A stretch of 63,995 nucleotides of DNA, the filler included, from Octopus bimaculoides (Eukaryota): the NCBI RefSeq assembly GCF_001194135.2. It is 9 parts of 9 records of this genome, joined end to end, with 100 filler letters (N's around TTAATTAATTAA, not from the genome) between each part and the next. Parts side by side here need not be neighbours in the genome. Positions count along the whole stretch, not along the records: positions 35,292 to 56,656 come from NC_069000.1; 8 more parts are not named here. The stretch is one strand, 5' to 3'. The position numbers and the translations under genes were made by a program. This document shows, one piece after another, positions 40,252-53,328 of the stretch. Under the pieces are notes generated by a model that did no database searches, had not been told where the DNA came from, and saw only the letters and a program-made list of their open reading frames with translations. Position 1 is the first letter of the stretch; the number at the start of each line of letters is the position of its first letter.

Positions 40252-41759
40252 TCATGTACATATGTACATATATATAAGATAAGACTAAATCGTAGAATAT
40301 AGTAGCAATGATTTGTCTGCTAGACATGTATAATCCTACTGGGACAATGCTGCGCAGGAAGAATATTCAGCGTGTAGGACAGGGAAACGTCCTCTTTGCA
40401 TGAAAAAATTTAACAGAGTCGATGTCTTCTATTTTCATTTTGTTATCTTTAAAACGTTTGGTGCTCCACTCGTCAAGGCAATTTCATAGTATTCTTTGTG
40501 ACACGTTTTCCAAATTATTTATACACTCACGCAAACGTTTGCACTTATACACACGTTTATGTCTATATATTTAATTTTTTCCATATATATATATGTCTTT
40601 TGGGCATCCATATTTTTTCTATCAATTCCCAATCAAAAATCATTTCACTATATTTTGAAACATATGAATTACTCTTACGAGCAAACAGCAATGGTATGGA
40701 AGCCAACATTGGTTAAATTTGGTGATATCTTGTCTCAACAGACTTCAAACTCATATTAACATGTTATCTCTCATAAGGTTAGATGAGATGAATCGGAATT
40801 TATCTAATCGGTTTAAATGAAAATGAATAAATGGAATATCCCCTTAATCAGACTTACACCAGGCTTTAACACAAGGGAACTACAAAGCAGGGATATAATT
40901 TTATTCCTAGTGAAGACAAATTTAGCACTTAAACATCTCTTTTCTCCTTCTCTCTCAATCGCTTATTATAAATCGATTTCAGATCCACTTATTCACATTT
41001 TTCCTTCCCTTTCTTTGTATCTGAATAAAAATTCTGATGGTTAAATTGTTCATTATTCTAGGGACAGTAATCCATATGAGATGGAAAATTTAAGGGTTTC
41101 TGATATAGGTTCTTGGAAGCCAATTTTAGAGTGATAGGCTGAGTCAATTTCATGGATCTTTTTCGTTGCTATCACAGATTTCGTACATTTCAATTTTGTT
41201 CCTTTTGTTTACAATTTTGGTTATACTGATTTAGTTTTGCACGCTAATTATCAAAATAAAATTTATTTTTGCATAGATTAAAAAATAAAAAGTTAATACC
41301 TTTTAAAATGTTCAAACTTTGGTAGACTTTAGCCAATCGAAAGCGACCATTATGCATATGGCTGTAAATCTCTCCCTGCTGTCTGTTTCCATAGTAATGA
41401 GCAAAGCTGTCATCTTCCCCTTTTCATTGTAACACGGATGCTGTACTACGTGACTGTGACACAGTCATCATCGCAACCACAACCACAAGTTTTGACGAGA
41501 AATATATATTTGCACCTGCGTTATTTCTGCCTGTCATTTCGTGACAGAGAGCTATCATGCAGGAACTATGCGGCTTCCGATTTCTATTGTCTGACTTGAC
41601 TAAAAATTGCCAAACATCACACCTCTGTAAATTTTTCTAAATTCCTCTGGAAATAAATAGATGCCAAATTCGGATTGAGAGTAAAATAATTACATTAATA
41701 TTGCAAATTTGGAATTTTTCAATTAATTTTAAAATTTCCAGATTTTTGACAGCAACAGA

Positions 41760-41930
41760 AAAGATCCATTCTATCGACCCGACACTTGACTAGTGCTTCA
41801 TTTTATCAACACCACAAGGATGAAGGGTGAAGTTGACTTCGGCGGAATTTCAACTCAAAATATGAGTCTGAACTAATACTAAAAAAGTATTTTATTACGA
41901 CGCTCTGATGATTCTGCCAGTTCACCACCA
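41760..41930 (-). mobile_element. SINE family B, diverged
   Basis: atcgacccgacac…ggatgaagggtgaagttgacttcggcggaatttcaactca…gattctgccagttcacc. Confidence 0.7.
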
Positions 41931-43614
41931 TATATGAACCATATAATAACAAATGGAAATATTGAACAAATGATTTATCTAGTGGCTATAAATTAAACAT
42001 TTCAATGTGTTTATGTGTAAATATTTATAAGTCCGATAAGCAAACCCGATATGCAAATCTTGATAGACAAATTCTGATAATACCATTTCATTATTACAAA
42101 CCTCTCGGTAAAAATCAACATATCTTTGAATATTTATCAAGTCTCTTTAATAAACCGTTAATGTTTCATTAGGTAATCAAATTAGGGAGCGCAGAGTTCA
42201 CGACCTTCACAACTATATAGAATTGTGAGGTGCCTCTGATTTATGTCTGAGTTTAAACATGTATTGGTCGATTTTCTACGAAATAAAGTCCCTGTAGGGG
42301 AAAGAACAATTTGGGAAATTATATAATGCCGCATCTTTGACAATCAGAAAAGAACTGTCTGTGCCAGGAAATTCATGTAAAAAGAATATGTAAGTCATTA
42401 GTCCAGAGGGTTAGAGAGTATTACAGTAACATTAGTGAATGCGAAGGGATGTAACAGCGCGTATGCGAACGTGTGGCTCTAGCGTACAAATTAGGGTACC
42501 TTTGTTAATTAATTAGAATATCCTTTTAAATCCAAAGGTTGTGCGTATAAAACATTTCTTTTTTAGATAAAGAAACAGTGCTAGAATTTAATCTTGGATC
42601 TTTAAGTATACAACAGCAGTATAGTGGATGAAATGTGTGCAGTACGTCTACTTTACTCTCGAACTGGTTTGTGTGCAGCGTTGTCTAAGATACCTCAGCA
42701 ATGATCAAAATCAGATCTTAATTGAGCTTTGTAGATATTTTGTTAATGATCACGGACGAAGCAATATCTGATTATGGAGAAAGGTTTTCGCCATTGAGAA
42801 AAGGCTTAATAGTGTTATATATAGAAAAACAGCACAAGAGATCACGCGGGCGTGAGCAGCTGATCATTTTTCACGAAATCGTCGAAAGAGAGTGCACAGG
42901 ATACCATATTTTCATGGCCTTCGAGATGTGTCAGGGGCACATCTTTTCAAACTGGAGAGCATACTTGAAGACTTGCAATGTACTGGACTTCTAAACATTT
43001 AAGAAACAGGAGGCTGTGTTAACCCGGGTGATGCATTAAGTCCAATACCCAATACCTCACAAAGTAAAGATATGCGTTTTTCCCTGTAATGATTCAAACA
43101 TTCACCGCACAGGACTGCCACATCGCCCTAGTCTGCAAAGTCAAAATTGAACTCTGTGTGATTTAAAACCAGATCGAAAGGAGATAGAGCAAATATCACG
43201 AGCAATGTTGTTATCCACTCAGAAGATTCAGCTAAGTTACTGTTTATGAAAAAAACGACGGAGTGCATTTGTTATGACTGATCAATCTAAGCCATTATAT
43301 ATACCCTGTGACTCATCTCTCATCTCCAGCGAAAGAATTTTGTATGCGCTCGATGTATATATTTTCTTAGTCACTAATGTTAATTACAATTAGTAAACAA
43401 AATGTTATTTTAAGATTGCGTGTTTGTTGTCATCGCAGTTGATGGACATTTTGGTGGAAAATACTGCAAGATTTAGGCATCAAAGGACGTTACATCTTTC
43501 CATTTATTACTTTAAAAATTCTATTAAATGTAGGTCCATGTGATATGTATTTCTAAGAGAGGGAAATAATGCTCTGTTATTCTCTTTGTATCTCTTCCTC
43601 CATGTTTGTAGACA

Positions 43615-43653
<39 letters not shown>

Positions 43654-43864
43654 TACAAAAAATAAAAAAAATAAACAAAACAACAGACGAAGACGGGTGT
43701 GTAAACAACAAACAGATGTATATATATCTGTGTGCCTGTGTGTTTGTGTGTGTATGTATGTTTGTATGTATGTATCTGTTGAATAAAGTTACAACTGATA
43801 TATTATTCTATACATATTTACACAAATTCGGAAAATATATCTATATATTTATCTATATATAACT

Positions 43865-43923
<59 letters not shown>

Positions 43924-44541
43924 CACACACACAACACACACTTATAGATAGGTATTTATGTGTGTGGTTGAATGTATGTATGCATGTGTCTGTGTATAAG
44001 TATACGCGTATATAAATGTATACATACATATAAACATGCATAAACTTATAGAGGCACATATGTATATATGTATGCGTGCGTATCTGTGCATATGTACGTG
44101 TGTGCTTCTGTGCGCGTGCATGATGCTGTTCAGTTTAATTATATAATGCATATAGAGTATTCGATGTATATTAAGTAGGTCTTACATTTATTTACTAATA
44201 TTTAATGTCTAAGTTGCCATTAATTGAACTTTCTGTAAAAAAATTAATGGCTTCTCTGATAAATTTTATATATAAATACGCATACATAATAATATACGTA
44301 CACATATACACAAGAAAGTGCATACACATACATATACACAAGTGAAATACGCACACATAGATATAAATGTATGTACGTAAGTATGAATATATATGTATAT
44401 GTATGTATATATATATACATGTATTTATGAATGTTTGTATATATGTATGTAACTATATATGTTTGTGTGTTCGTGTGTGTATTTGTGTATGTGTGCATGA
44501 ATACATATTCATATATAATTCTATATACATTTATAAGAATG

Positions 44542-44614
<73 letters not shown>

Positions 44615-45525
44615 TTCATACATATATATTTCATTCATACAGACATACATATATATATATATANNNNNNNNNNNNNNNNNNNNNNNNNNNNNNNNNNNNN
44701 NNNNNNNNNNNNNNNNNNNNNNNNNNNNNNNNNNNNNNNNNNNNNNNNNNNNNNNNNNNNNNNNNNNNNNNNNNNNNNNNNNNNNNNNNNNNNNNNNNNN
44801 NNNNNNNNNNNNNNNNNNNNNNNNNNNNNNNNNNNNNNNNNNNNNNNNNNNNNNNNNNNNNNNNNNNNNNNNNNNNNNNNNNNNNNNNNNNNNNNNNNNN
44901 NNNNNNNNNNNNNNNNNNNNNNNNNNNNNNNNNNNNNNNNNNNNNNNNNNNNNNNNNNNNNNNNNNNNNNNNNNNNNNNNNNNNNNNNNNNNNNNNNNNN
45001 NNNNNNNNNNNNNNNNNNNNNNNNNNNNNNNNNNNNNNNNNNNNNNNNNNNNNNNNNNNNNNNNNNNNNNNNNNNNNNNNNNNNNNNNNNNNNNNNNNNN
45101 NNNNNNNNNNNNNNNNNNNNNNNNNNNNNNNNNNNNNNNNNNNNNNNNNNNNNNNNNNNNNNNNNNNNNNNNNNNNNNNNNNNNNNNNNNNNNNNNNNNN
45201 NNNNNNNNNNNNNNNNNNNNNNNNNNNNNNNNNNNNNNNNNNNNNNNNNNNNNNNNNNNNNNNNNNNNNNNNNNNNNNNNNNNNNNNNNNNNNNNNNNNN
45301 NNNNNNNNNNNNNNNNNNNNNNNNNNNNNNNNNNNNNNNNNNNNNNNNNNNNNNNNNNNNNNNNNNNNNNNNNNNNNNNNNNNNNNNNNNNNNNNNNNNN
45401 NNNNNNNNNNNNNNNNNNNNNNNNNNNNNAGTTTACTTTTTCCCATGATCAATTTCGAAAAGCATTTTCTTTCTATTTTTTCGTAAATTTAGTTGTGTGA
45501 AAACTCTTAACCTTTTACACCCATA

Positions 45526-45586
<61 letters not shown>

Positions 45587-45786
45587 TTAAACAGGTTAAA
45601 ATATCCTCATTAAGTGATAAAAATATCCAATGAATTACTGGTTCATAATCTATTATTTCTTTCATGAATTGTAATATTCATAAAATAGTAGGTGTAAGTA
45701 TAAATTATGGTTTATAAAAATCAAAATTAAAATTAAGAACATGGAGATGTAGCATTTATGTAATGTATTACCTGCAAAAATTCAAC

Positions 45787-45878
45787 ATATTCTCTTACAG
45801 CTGTTTCAATTTTGCTCAAGGATGTAAATTCCAGTAAGTAAAGCATTATATTGGGCAAAATCTCATCAGAGGACTAGA
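45787..45878 (-). ncRNA. Type I hammerhead with intact core and 55-nt stem II
   Basis: uucuaguccu CUGAUGA gauuuugcccaa…uugagcaaaauu GAAAC AGCU GUA agagaa; stem II has 11 of 12 positions paired. Confidence 0.8.
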
Positions 45879-46432
45879 AAAGACATACCGTTAGGTTATT
45901 AGTTGTTATACTACCAAAGCATCTCAACAGATTGAATATCATCTAATTACCAATATTGGTACAACCCTGGGCCAGGTGGTAATAGGTTGTATTAAGGTAA
46001 TAATTGGTAAATAAAGGTTAGGTAGTGAGTTCAAATAAATAATATTATCATATGAATGAGAGAATAAACAAGTGAAAATTTCTATAAAATTGATGTAATT
46101 AATATGAAAAGAAGATAAAGCATAAAATAATCAGAATCAGAATGACCGTCATCTTATCATATATTAGCGATGATGTGACGCCAATGCCAAGTTTACAACT
46201 TTGACTTCCTATTAAAGAAAAGATTTCGGCTTTTTGTTTTGTTTTTCTTTCTGTTTTCGTCCTCGAAGAAAAGAGTACACGCATGAACACATGCTTGCAC
46301 GTCAATTGTTCGCGTAGAGATAAATACACATACGAACACGTGCTTGCCTATCATCAGTACTTCCTGGCTCTACCTTCAGTCCAATAGTCTTAAGATTTAG
46401 TCCTGAACAACATATACAAAAAGAGTAATACT

Positions 46433-46645
46433 CTTTTACTATTTTACTTGTGTCAGTCATTTGACTGCGGTCATGCTAGAGCACCGGCTTAAAGGGTTTT
46501 AGTCGAAGACTTTAACCCCAGGACTTATTCTTTGTAAGCCTGGTACTCGTTCTAACGATTTCTTTTGCCGAACCGCTATGTTAAGGAAGCATAAACACAC
46601 CATCATCGGTTGTCAAGAGATGGTGGTGGCGAGCAAACACAGACA
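46433..46645 (-). mobile_element. SINE family A, 3' half running into (TA)n and a gap
   Basis: ttttacttgtgtcagtcatttgactgcgg…cggttgtcaagagatggtgg. Confidence 0.8.
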
Positions 46646-46660
46646 CAAAGACACACACAC

Positions 46661-46697
<37 letters not shown>

Positions 46698-47149
46698 NNN
46701 NNNNNNNNNNNNNNNNNNNNNNNNNNNNNNNNNNNNNNNNNNNNNNNNNNNNNNNNNNNNNNNNNNNNNNNNNNNNNNNNNNNNNNNNNNNNNNNNNNNN
46801 NNNNNNNNNNNNNNNNNNNNNNNNNNNNNNNNNNNNNNNNNNNNNNNNNNNNNNNNNNNNNNNNNNNNNNNNNNNNNNNNNNNNNNNNNNNNNNNNNNNN
46901 NNNNNNNNNNNNNNNNNNNNNNNNNNNNNNNNNNNNNNNNNNNNNNNNNNNNNNNNNNATATATATATATATATATATATAAATATATATAATTATTTAA
47001 TAATATATAAAGGGCATTAACTGTGCAGTAATGCCTCACGCTATCGAGGGACTAAATAAGTAAAAAAACTACTAAAAATAAGTAACATATTTACCGAAAG
47101 CGAGGGAATGCAGCTTTTCAAAATTTATCTCTTAAAAACATTTAACTCA

Positions 47150-47228
47150 ACGGTAGACCACTGGTTTCTCAATCAAATACAGAAAAAACTGTGAAGTAAC
47201 CTGTATTCCTTTGTTCATCAGTACACGT
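47150..47228 (-). ncRNA. Type I hammerhead with intact core, GUC cleavage triplet and 46-nt stem II
   Basis: acgugua CUGAUGA a caa agg aauacag…cuguauu uga uug a GAAA CC agu GG UC uaccgu. Confidence 0.7.
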
Positions 47229-47460
47229 ATGGTCAAGATATATAAAAATAGACAAGAATCAATCTACCACGATGTAGCCATCACAGTAACGATGACTTTT
47301 GTTCACAATTATATATCCCTGAAAGAGATTTGAATTTATCCAGTTGCATCTCGGTAACATGTGCTTATACAGAATGATATTCAGCACTGAATATATTCTA
47401 ATTATTTATAATATAATATAGCATAAATTCTTTATAAGAATTTATATATATATATGTATA

Positions 47461-47924
47461 TAAATTCAAATTACGATGAACGTAAACAAACAAACGAAGT
47501 TTGCTTTTAGAACCGTTGAGATGTCTTGGAATGTTACAGAGGTGATTTCAAATTCTCAAACGCAGGATAATGCTAATAATATATTCTGAACAGGATAAGC
47601 TACCCCTATTTTGCAGAAAAAAGTGTAGACGGCCAGCTATGAGACCCAAACTCACACCTCCGTGATAACGCGTCACGATGCTCTAGACCAATTAAGCTAA
47701 ACTACCCACCACAAATTTTTCTGCAAATTTAAAATGTATAGAAATCTCGATTTATGAGACGTTATCATACGTTAAATTCAAATTACGACGAACGTAAACA
47801 AACAAAGGAAGTTTGCTTTTAGAAGCGTTGAGATGTCTTAGAAAGTTAAAGAAGTGATTTTAAATTCTCAAACGCAGGATAAGCTACCCCTATTTTGCAG
47901 AAAAAAGTGTAGGCGGCCAGCTAT
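47461..47924 (+). repeat. Tandem ~150-180 bp direct repeat (47461-47640 and 47773-47924)
   Basis: Both copies run taaattcaaattacga…gcagaaaaaagtgtag.cggccagctat. Confidence 0.9.
47631..47706 (-). pseudogene. tRNA-like sequence (resembles tRNA-Ile) with downstream T6 terminator
   Basis: ggtagtttagcttaattggtctagagcatcgtga-cgcgtta-tcacggaggtgtgagtttgggtctcatagctggcc; A box, anticodon-like and T stems; degenerate B box and acceptor stem. Confidence 0.55.
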
Positions 47925-47929
47925 ATATA

Positions 47930-48280
47930 CATACGACGGGCTTATTTCAGCTTTCGTCTACCAAACCATTCGCAAAGGTTTAGTCGGTCTACGGCTATAG
48001 TAGAATACACTTGCCCAAAGTGCCACGCAGTGGGACTGAACCCGCAACTATGTAGTTTGAAAGCAATCTTCTTATTTTTTACTTCCCACAAGGGACTACA
48101 CACAGAGGGGACAAGCAAGGACAGACAAACGGATTAAGTCGATTATATCGGCCCCAGTGCGTAACTGGTACTTACTTAATCGACCCCGAAAGAATGAAAG
48201 GCAAAGTTGAACTCAGAACGTAACGGCAGACGAAATACCGTTAAGCATTTCGCCCGGCGTGCTAACGTTTCTGCCAGCTC
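47930..48280 (-). mobile_element. Adjacent SINE A head (47930-48075) and SINE B (48085-48280)
   Basis: Both match the window family sequences. Confidence 0.8.
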
Positions 48281-50256
48281 TTACCACACGGCCACGCCTG
48301 CACCTATATATTTACGAATATTTATGGATGAGTATTGTTCCCTTAATTCGACCAAAAACAACCTAAAACGAATAATGCATATTGGCCTGCAACAAGAATT
48401 TGCATATCAAGGACCGAAAAATTTAGGCTGTATAGACGATATGTTATTGGCGTAATGGAATTAATTTTGCTTTGAGAGAATATAAACAAGCGCCTAGCGG
48501 CAATTGCAAATGACTATGACAGAGAAGTGGGTAATAATGTTAAGTCGTCAACTGTTATCGATGTTATCGAGAATATCTCCCGAAATTAGAATGCAAAGAT
48601 AGTTTGTGTTTCGTTTCGTTTTATGAATACACTTTTAATGTATATTTAAGGTTGATGATCCTACACACCTCCCAATAACAATGGTTTTGACGTATCATTC
48701 GTATCATGCTAAGGGCAATAATTTTACTTGCGACTGACAATTGTTTAGCGATTCGGTACAAGTTGGATAGTTTATTAGAAATTCTTTGTCGGTGGGCTTT
48801 CAGAATTCAATATTCACATTATATATGATGACAGTATCTAAATATGCCACGTTTTCATGTAGTCTGATAATATTCCTTCGGAGAGAGGTAATTCGTTTTC
48901 CTTGTTTGTACTGATTTTGGGACGTCTCTGATACTACCATTTGTGGGCAAATTATATCTGCAAAACGGGTAATGTTCAATAGCTGGACGCTTTTATATTG
49001 TGCTACATGCTTTTCAACATATTCATGATCTCGGATATAAGTCAGAAGATTTTCCATCGATGTACGTTATATTTAGCTAAGTAAACAATAAAATTCTACT
49101 TAAATCTTGCAGTGAGCTGTGTTTCATTCTTAGTATTCTTAAGTCATTTTCATATGACCCAAGACAAATACCACCGATATAGGACTACCATCACATAGTA
49201 GTATCATGTTATAGATAATTTCATTGCTATACTCTTTTCCAGGTTGATTATGCTAGATGAAAGCCGCATATTTCTTCTAAGAGTTACATAGCTTGCTGGC
49301 GCAATTGTTTCCCACACAAATGTGAGTTACTGGGAATTTGGACTCTAGAATCTATGAGGTCTTTCATTCTCTGCATGTAACAAGAACGAACATTTTAACA
49401 GTTGAAGAATTAGTACATGTTCTGATGCATTTCGAAATCCAGTGGAGTTTCATTTGCTAGTTCTTTGACACGATGTAGCTGAGCCAAGTTTCCCATCTTG
49501 TCATGATATATATATAGTAGTAATCGACGCGTTATTTATCAGATTTATTTCGATTTGCGATTACTGCTAGGATATTCGCTAAAAATAAAAGCCACTTTGC
49601 ATTTATCAAAATATTAAAAAGGTTCATTTTTCTACAAGGTAAGCATTATTAGCAGACGTTTTAGGGGTTAATATTCATCTCATGAACGGATGAATAGTTC
49701 CTTATGCCGACGTGATTATTTCCATCAGAATGCTTATGTATGTATTCATGTATACATGTATGTATGTATGTATGTATGTATGTACGTATGATGTATGTAT
49801 GTAAGTAGGTAGGTACGTAGGCATTATGTATGCAAGCATGCATATATGTTTATAAATGTACGTGTGTACGTATGTGTGTACACATGCATTAATGTATATA
49901 TGGTTGTACATATCTGTATACATATATGTATCTAGGTCTGTATGAACGTACGCATATGTGCATATCTGTAGATATGCACGTATGCATGTATTAACGCATA
50001 TGTATGTGCATACGTATGTAAGTAGACATGCATGCATGTGTGTACGCACGTGGATATATATATGCATGAGTTGTTCATATGTAGTTTATATGCCTGCGTA
50101 TAATCGATGTGTTCAAGTGAGAAATTTTGAATATAAAATTTCGAACGAAAATCAATCAATAATGTTCAAGCGAATCTATTCTGTTATGTATTTGTGGTTT
50201 ATTTTTCCCATCCTATTAGCATTGTTTGGTTGCGTAATCTGTTAAAAATAGCTAAG

Positions 50257-50300
50257 AATCATCATCATCATCATCATCACTAACATCATTATCATCATCG

Positions 50301-50362
<62 letters not shown>

Positions 50363-50727
50363 GTCATCATCATCATCATTCAATCTGCGCATGCTCATAA
50401 TCTTTGCTGGTATTCCTTTCAACGCCAATAATATAATCAGCAAAAATATGACCATTGTCATTAGCATTATCATCCTCCTCTGATGAGCAACATTATCCAA
50501 AACAACAACATTTACAGCATCAACAGCGCTATCGTAAACATACCCATAATAGCTTTGCTGCAACATTAACGAAAGCAATATCAGTGAAAGAAAGCAACAG
50601 CAGCAACAGCAATGCTACTACTACTACTACTAATAATAATAATAATGATGGTGATGATGATGATGAGGAGGANNNNNNNNNNAAGAAGAAGAAGAAGAAG
50701 AAGAAGAAGAAGAAGAAGAAGAAGAAC
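50257..50727. repeat. (ATC)n array and stepwise triplet-repeat series
   Basis: Direct reading. Confidence 0.9.
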
Positions 50728-51150
50728 TAAAGATGGGATACAGCAAATATTCTTTCTTGTCAGTTGTTTGACCTTAACCAGTTGTGCATCTCTGATCACG
50801 AGCAGAAGTAGTGGGGGAGCTTCATAGCCATGTGTTGAGAGGAATTCTTTGGGGTTTGAATAATTCATCTTTGGAAACATGGGTGTTTTGATCAACAATC
50901 TTAAACAAACCTTATTCAGGGGCCTTTTGAGTGGGATGGGCTACTTGACATGAAGAAAATTCTAACTGGGCTCCACCTGCGAGGTCATGCGTTGTTTATC
51001 TTGATATGAGATCACCATGTCGCGCACATATGGTTGTGATGCATGTGCCTGGTGTACCCTTATCAGGCGAGTAATCATGTTGGGTGTAATGGGCTTCGTA
51101 TATTTTACCCCAGTGTCACTTTGATGGCATGCACAGCTCTCTCACTCAAT
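50727..51150 (+). mobile_element. Unclassified ~430-550 bp interspersed repeat (family C; SINE or LINE 3' end) with triplet tail
   Basis: Homologous to 51258-51822 (+) and 63372-63905 (-); ends cagtgtcactttgatggcatgcacagctctctcactc(aat)n. Confidence 0.75.
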
Positions 51151-51154
51151 AATA

Positions 51155-51204
<50 letters not shown>

Positions 51205-51257
51205 AATAATAAATGAATAAATAATGCTTTACTTAACTAGTTTGTGTTTTCTGGCTG

Positions 51258-51822
51258 GCGATATGTGCATCTCTGATCACGAGCAGAAGTAGTGGACCGG
51301 CACTTATACCTTATGATTAGAAGTATTTTCTTGTACATTGTTTTGTCTTGGTGTAAAAGATGGGCTACAGCAAATATTCTATTCAATATCATAGACTTGC
51401 TTGTCAGTTGCTTGAACTTAACCGGCTGAGCATATCCCTTAGTGGTTGACGACATGTGCATCTCAGATCATGAGGAGAAGTAGTGGGTGTGGAAAATCAT
51501 AGGTTTCTGTTAAGAATTCTTTGGGGTTTGAATAATTCACCTCTGGAAACATGGATATTTCGTTCAACATCCTTAAACAACCCTTATTCAGGGACCTTTT
51601 GAGCATGATGTGCCACTCAACCGGAAGAAAATTCTAGCTGGACTCCATCAGCGAGGTCATGCGCGGTTTATCTTGATATGGAATCATCATGCCGCGAAGA
51701 TACGGTTGTGATGCATGCTGTTGGTGTTCCCTTATGAGATAGATAGTTATGACGGGTATATTGGGCTTCGTTTTGTTGTACCTATATGCTACTTTGATGG
51801 CATGTGCTGCTCTTTCACCCAA
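51258..51822 (+). mobile_element. Family C repeat, second copy
   Basis: aagatgggctacagcaaatattc…ttctttggggtttgaataattca…ctttgatggcatgtgctgctctttcac. Confidence 0.75.
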
Positions 51823-51857
51823 CAAGAAGAAGAAGAAGAAGAAGAAGAAGAAGAAGA

Positions 51858-52289
51858 AGAAACCATAATACCTCGGCAGAAGAATTTGATAGGCTCAGAA
51901 AATATAAAGATTTTCTAATCGAAATCGAAAAGATGTGGTATCTCAAGACAGTTACAATACCAGTGATTATAAGAGCACTAGGAATAATCAAAAAAGAAAT
52001 TGAAAATTATCTGAGGATGATACATGAAGAGCAAAAGATTATCTTAACTGGTAAGGCACACGTATTACGAAGAACATTCTTGCAGTGAATTTTCTTTCAT
52101 TTTTCCCCTTTATTTTCTTTGTTTAATTTTTTCATTATTTTCTATTTTTTCTTTCTTTGTAAATGGTCAATCTGGCGTCTTTATTTTGATGGTCTACCGA
52201 TGTATACAATGAGTTCCTCTGCCCTACGTGTCAAGAAGACTCTCAGCAAGAAATGGAAACAAAATTGGAAGATGATGATGATGATGATG

Positions 52290-52290
<1 letters not shown>
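51858..52290 (+). mobile_element. R4/Dong-clade LINE 3' fragment (RLE C-terminus plus 3' UTR)
   Basis: EEFDRLRKYKDFLIEIEKMWYLKTVTIPVIIRALG…QKIILTGKAHVLRRTF*; followed by (GAT)(AAT)n. Confidence 0.7.
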
Positions 52291-52348
<58 letters not shown>

Positions 52349-52350
52349 AA

Positions 52351-52381
<31 letters not shown>

Positions 52382-52509
52382 AAGAAGAAGAAGAAGAATC
52401 CATGCCTTCTCACGTGATGACAGATTGTTCCTTGTTTCCTCAGTGCTCATCACCTAAAACTACTATGCCAGGCGTCAGCGTCTCAGGCAGTGCCTCTTGT
52501 GGCAATCGG

Positions 52510-52556
52510 TCTGTCTATATGTCGCATGACATATAGACAGATGTAAGGTGTACTAG
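52510..52556 (+). mobile_element. Helitron-like 3' terminus
   Basis: Perfect 14-bp hairpin tctgtctatatgtc-gcat-gacatatagacaga, 11-nt spacer, CTAG, then T. Confidence 0.45.
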
Positions 52557-52694
52557 TTCAGTCGGTTTTCTTGTCTCATCCTATGTTTTTAATCGAGAGA
52601 AATACTTTCATATATCGTGGGGGCGCGTGGCTTACTGTTTAGGATGTTTGATTGTAAGATTGTTATGTCGCCCGTGTTTCGTCCATTATTTTGC

Positions 52695-52850
52695 CCGTCT
52701 TTAGGCTCTGAGTTCAAATTCTGCCGAGGTCGATTTTGCCTTTCATCCTTTCGGGGTCGATAAATTAAGTACCATTTGCATACTGGCGTCGATCTTGGGG
52801 ACTGTTCCCCCGTCCCCAAAAATTTAGAGCCTTGTGTCGAGAGTCGAGAA
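52695..52850 (+). mobile_element. SINE family B
   Basis: ctctgagttcaaattctgccgaggtcgattttgcctttcatcctttcggggtcgataaattaagtacc. Confidence 0.85.
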
Positions 52851-53179
52851 AAATAATATACACAAAGGATAAACAAAAATATTTACATACTTTAGATTAA
52901 CTCAATCAAAACCAAATAAAATCGAAATTTAAGAGTATTCTAAGTTCAACAAGTTTCTTAAGGTTTTTCTGCTTTCAATTTTTCAGATTTTATATATAAA
53001 TTTTGTACATTTTATATATATGTGATTTATTGTGAAGCCATGTATATTTGTTGATAATATGCACATTTTATTAAGTAAATTCAGTAGTGTAATCTTGTTA
53101 GTTCACAAACAGGCACGAAATATATTCTGAATATATAATATATTTTCACAGCATAGGTGGAGCTCTCTAGGACGAGAGA

Positions 53180-53245
<66 letters not shown>

Positions 53246-53287
53246 CTACACACGTATGCAAATAAGTACACACAGAGGTATATATAC

Positions 53288-53328
<41 letters not shown>

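Noticed and set aside
42722-42994. 90-aa ORF (+) and a WD40-like LEGHEN on the minus strand
   Set aside because: No convincing family motif or splice support
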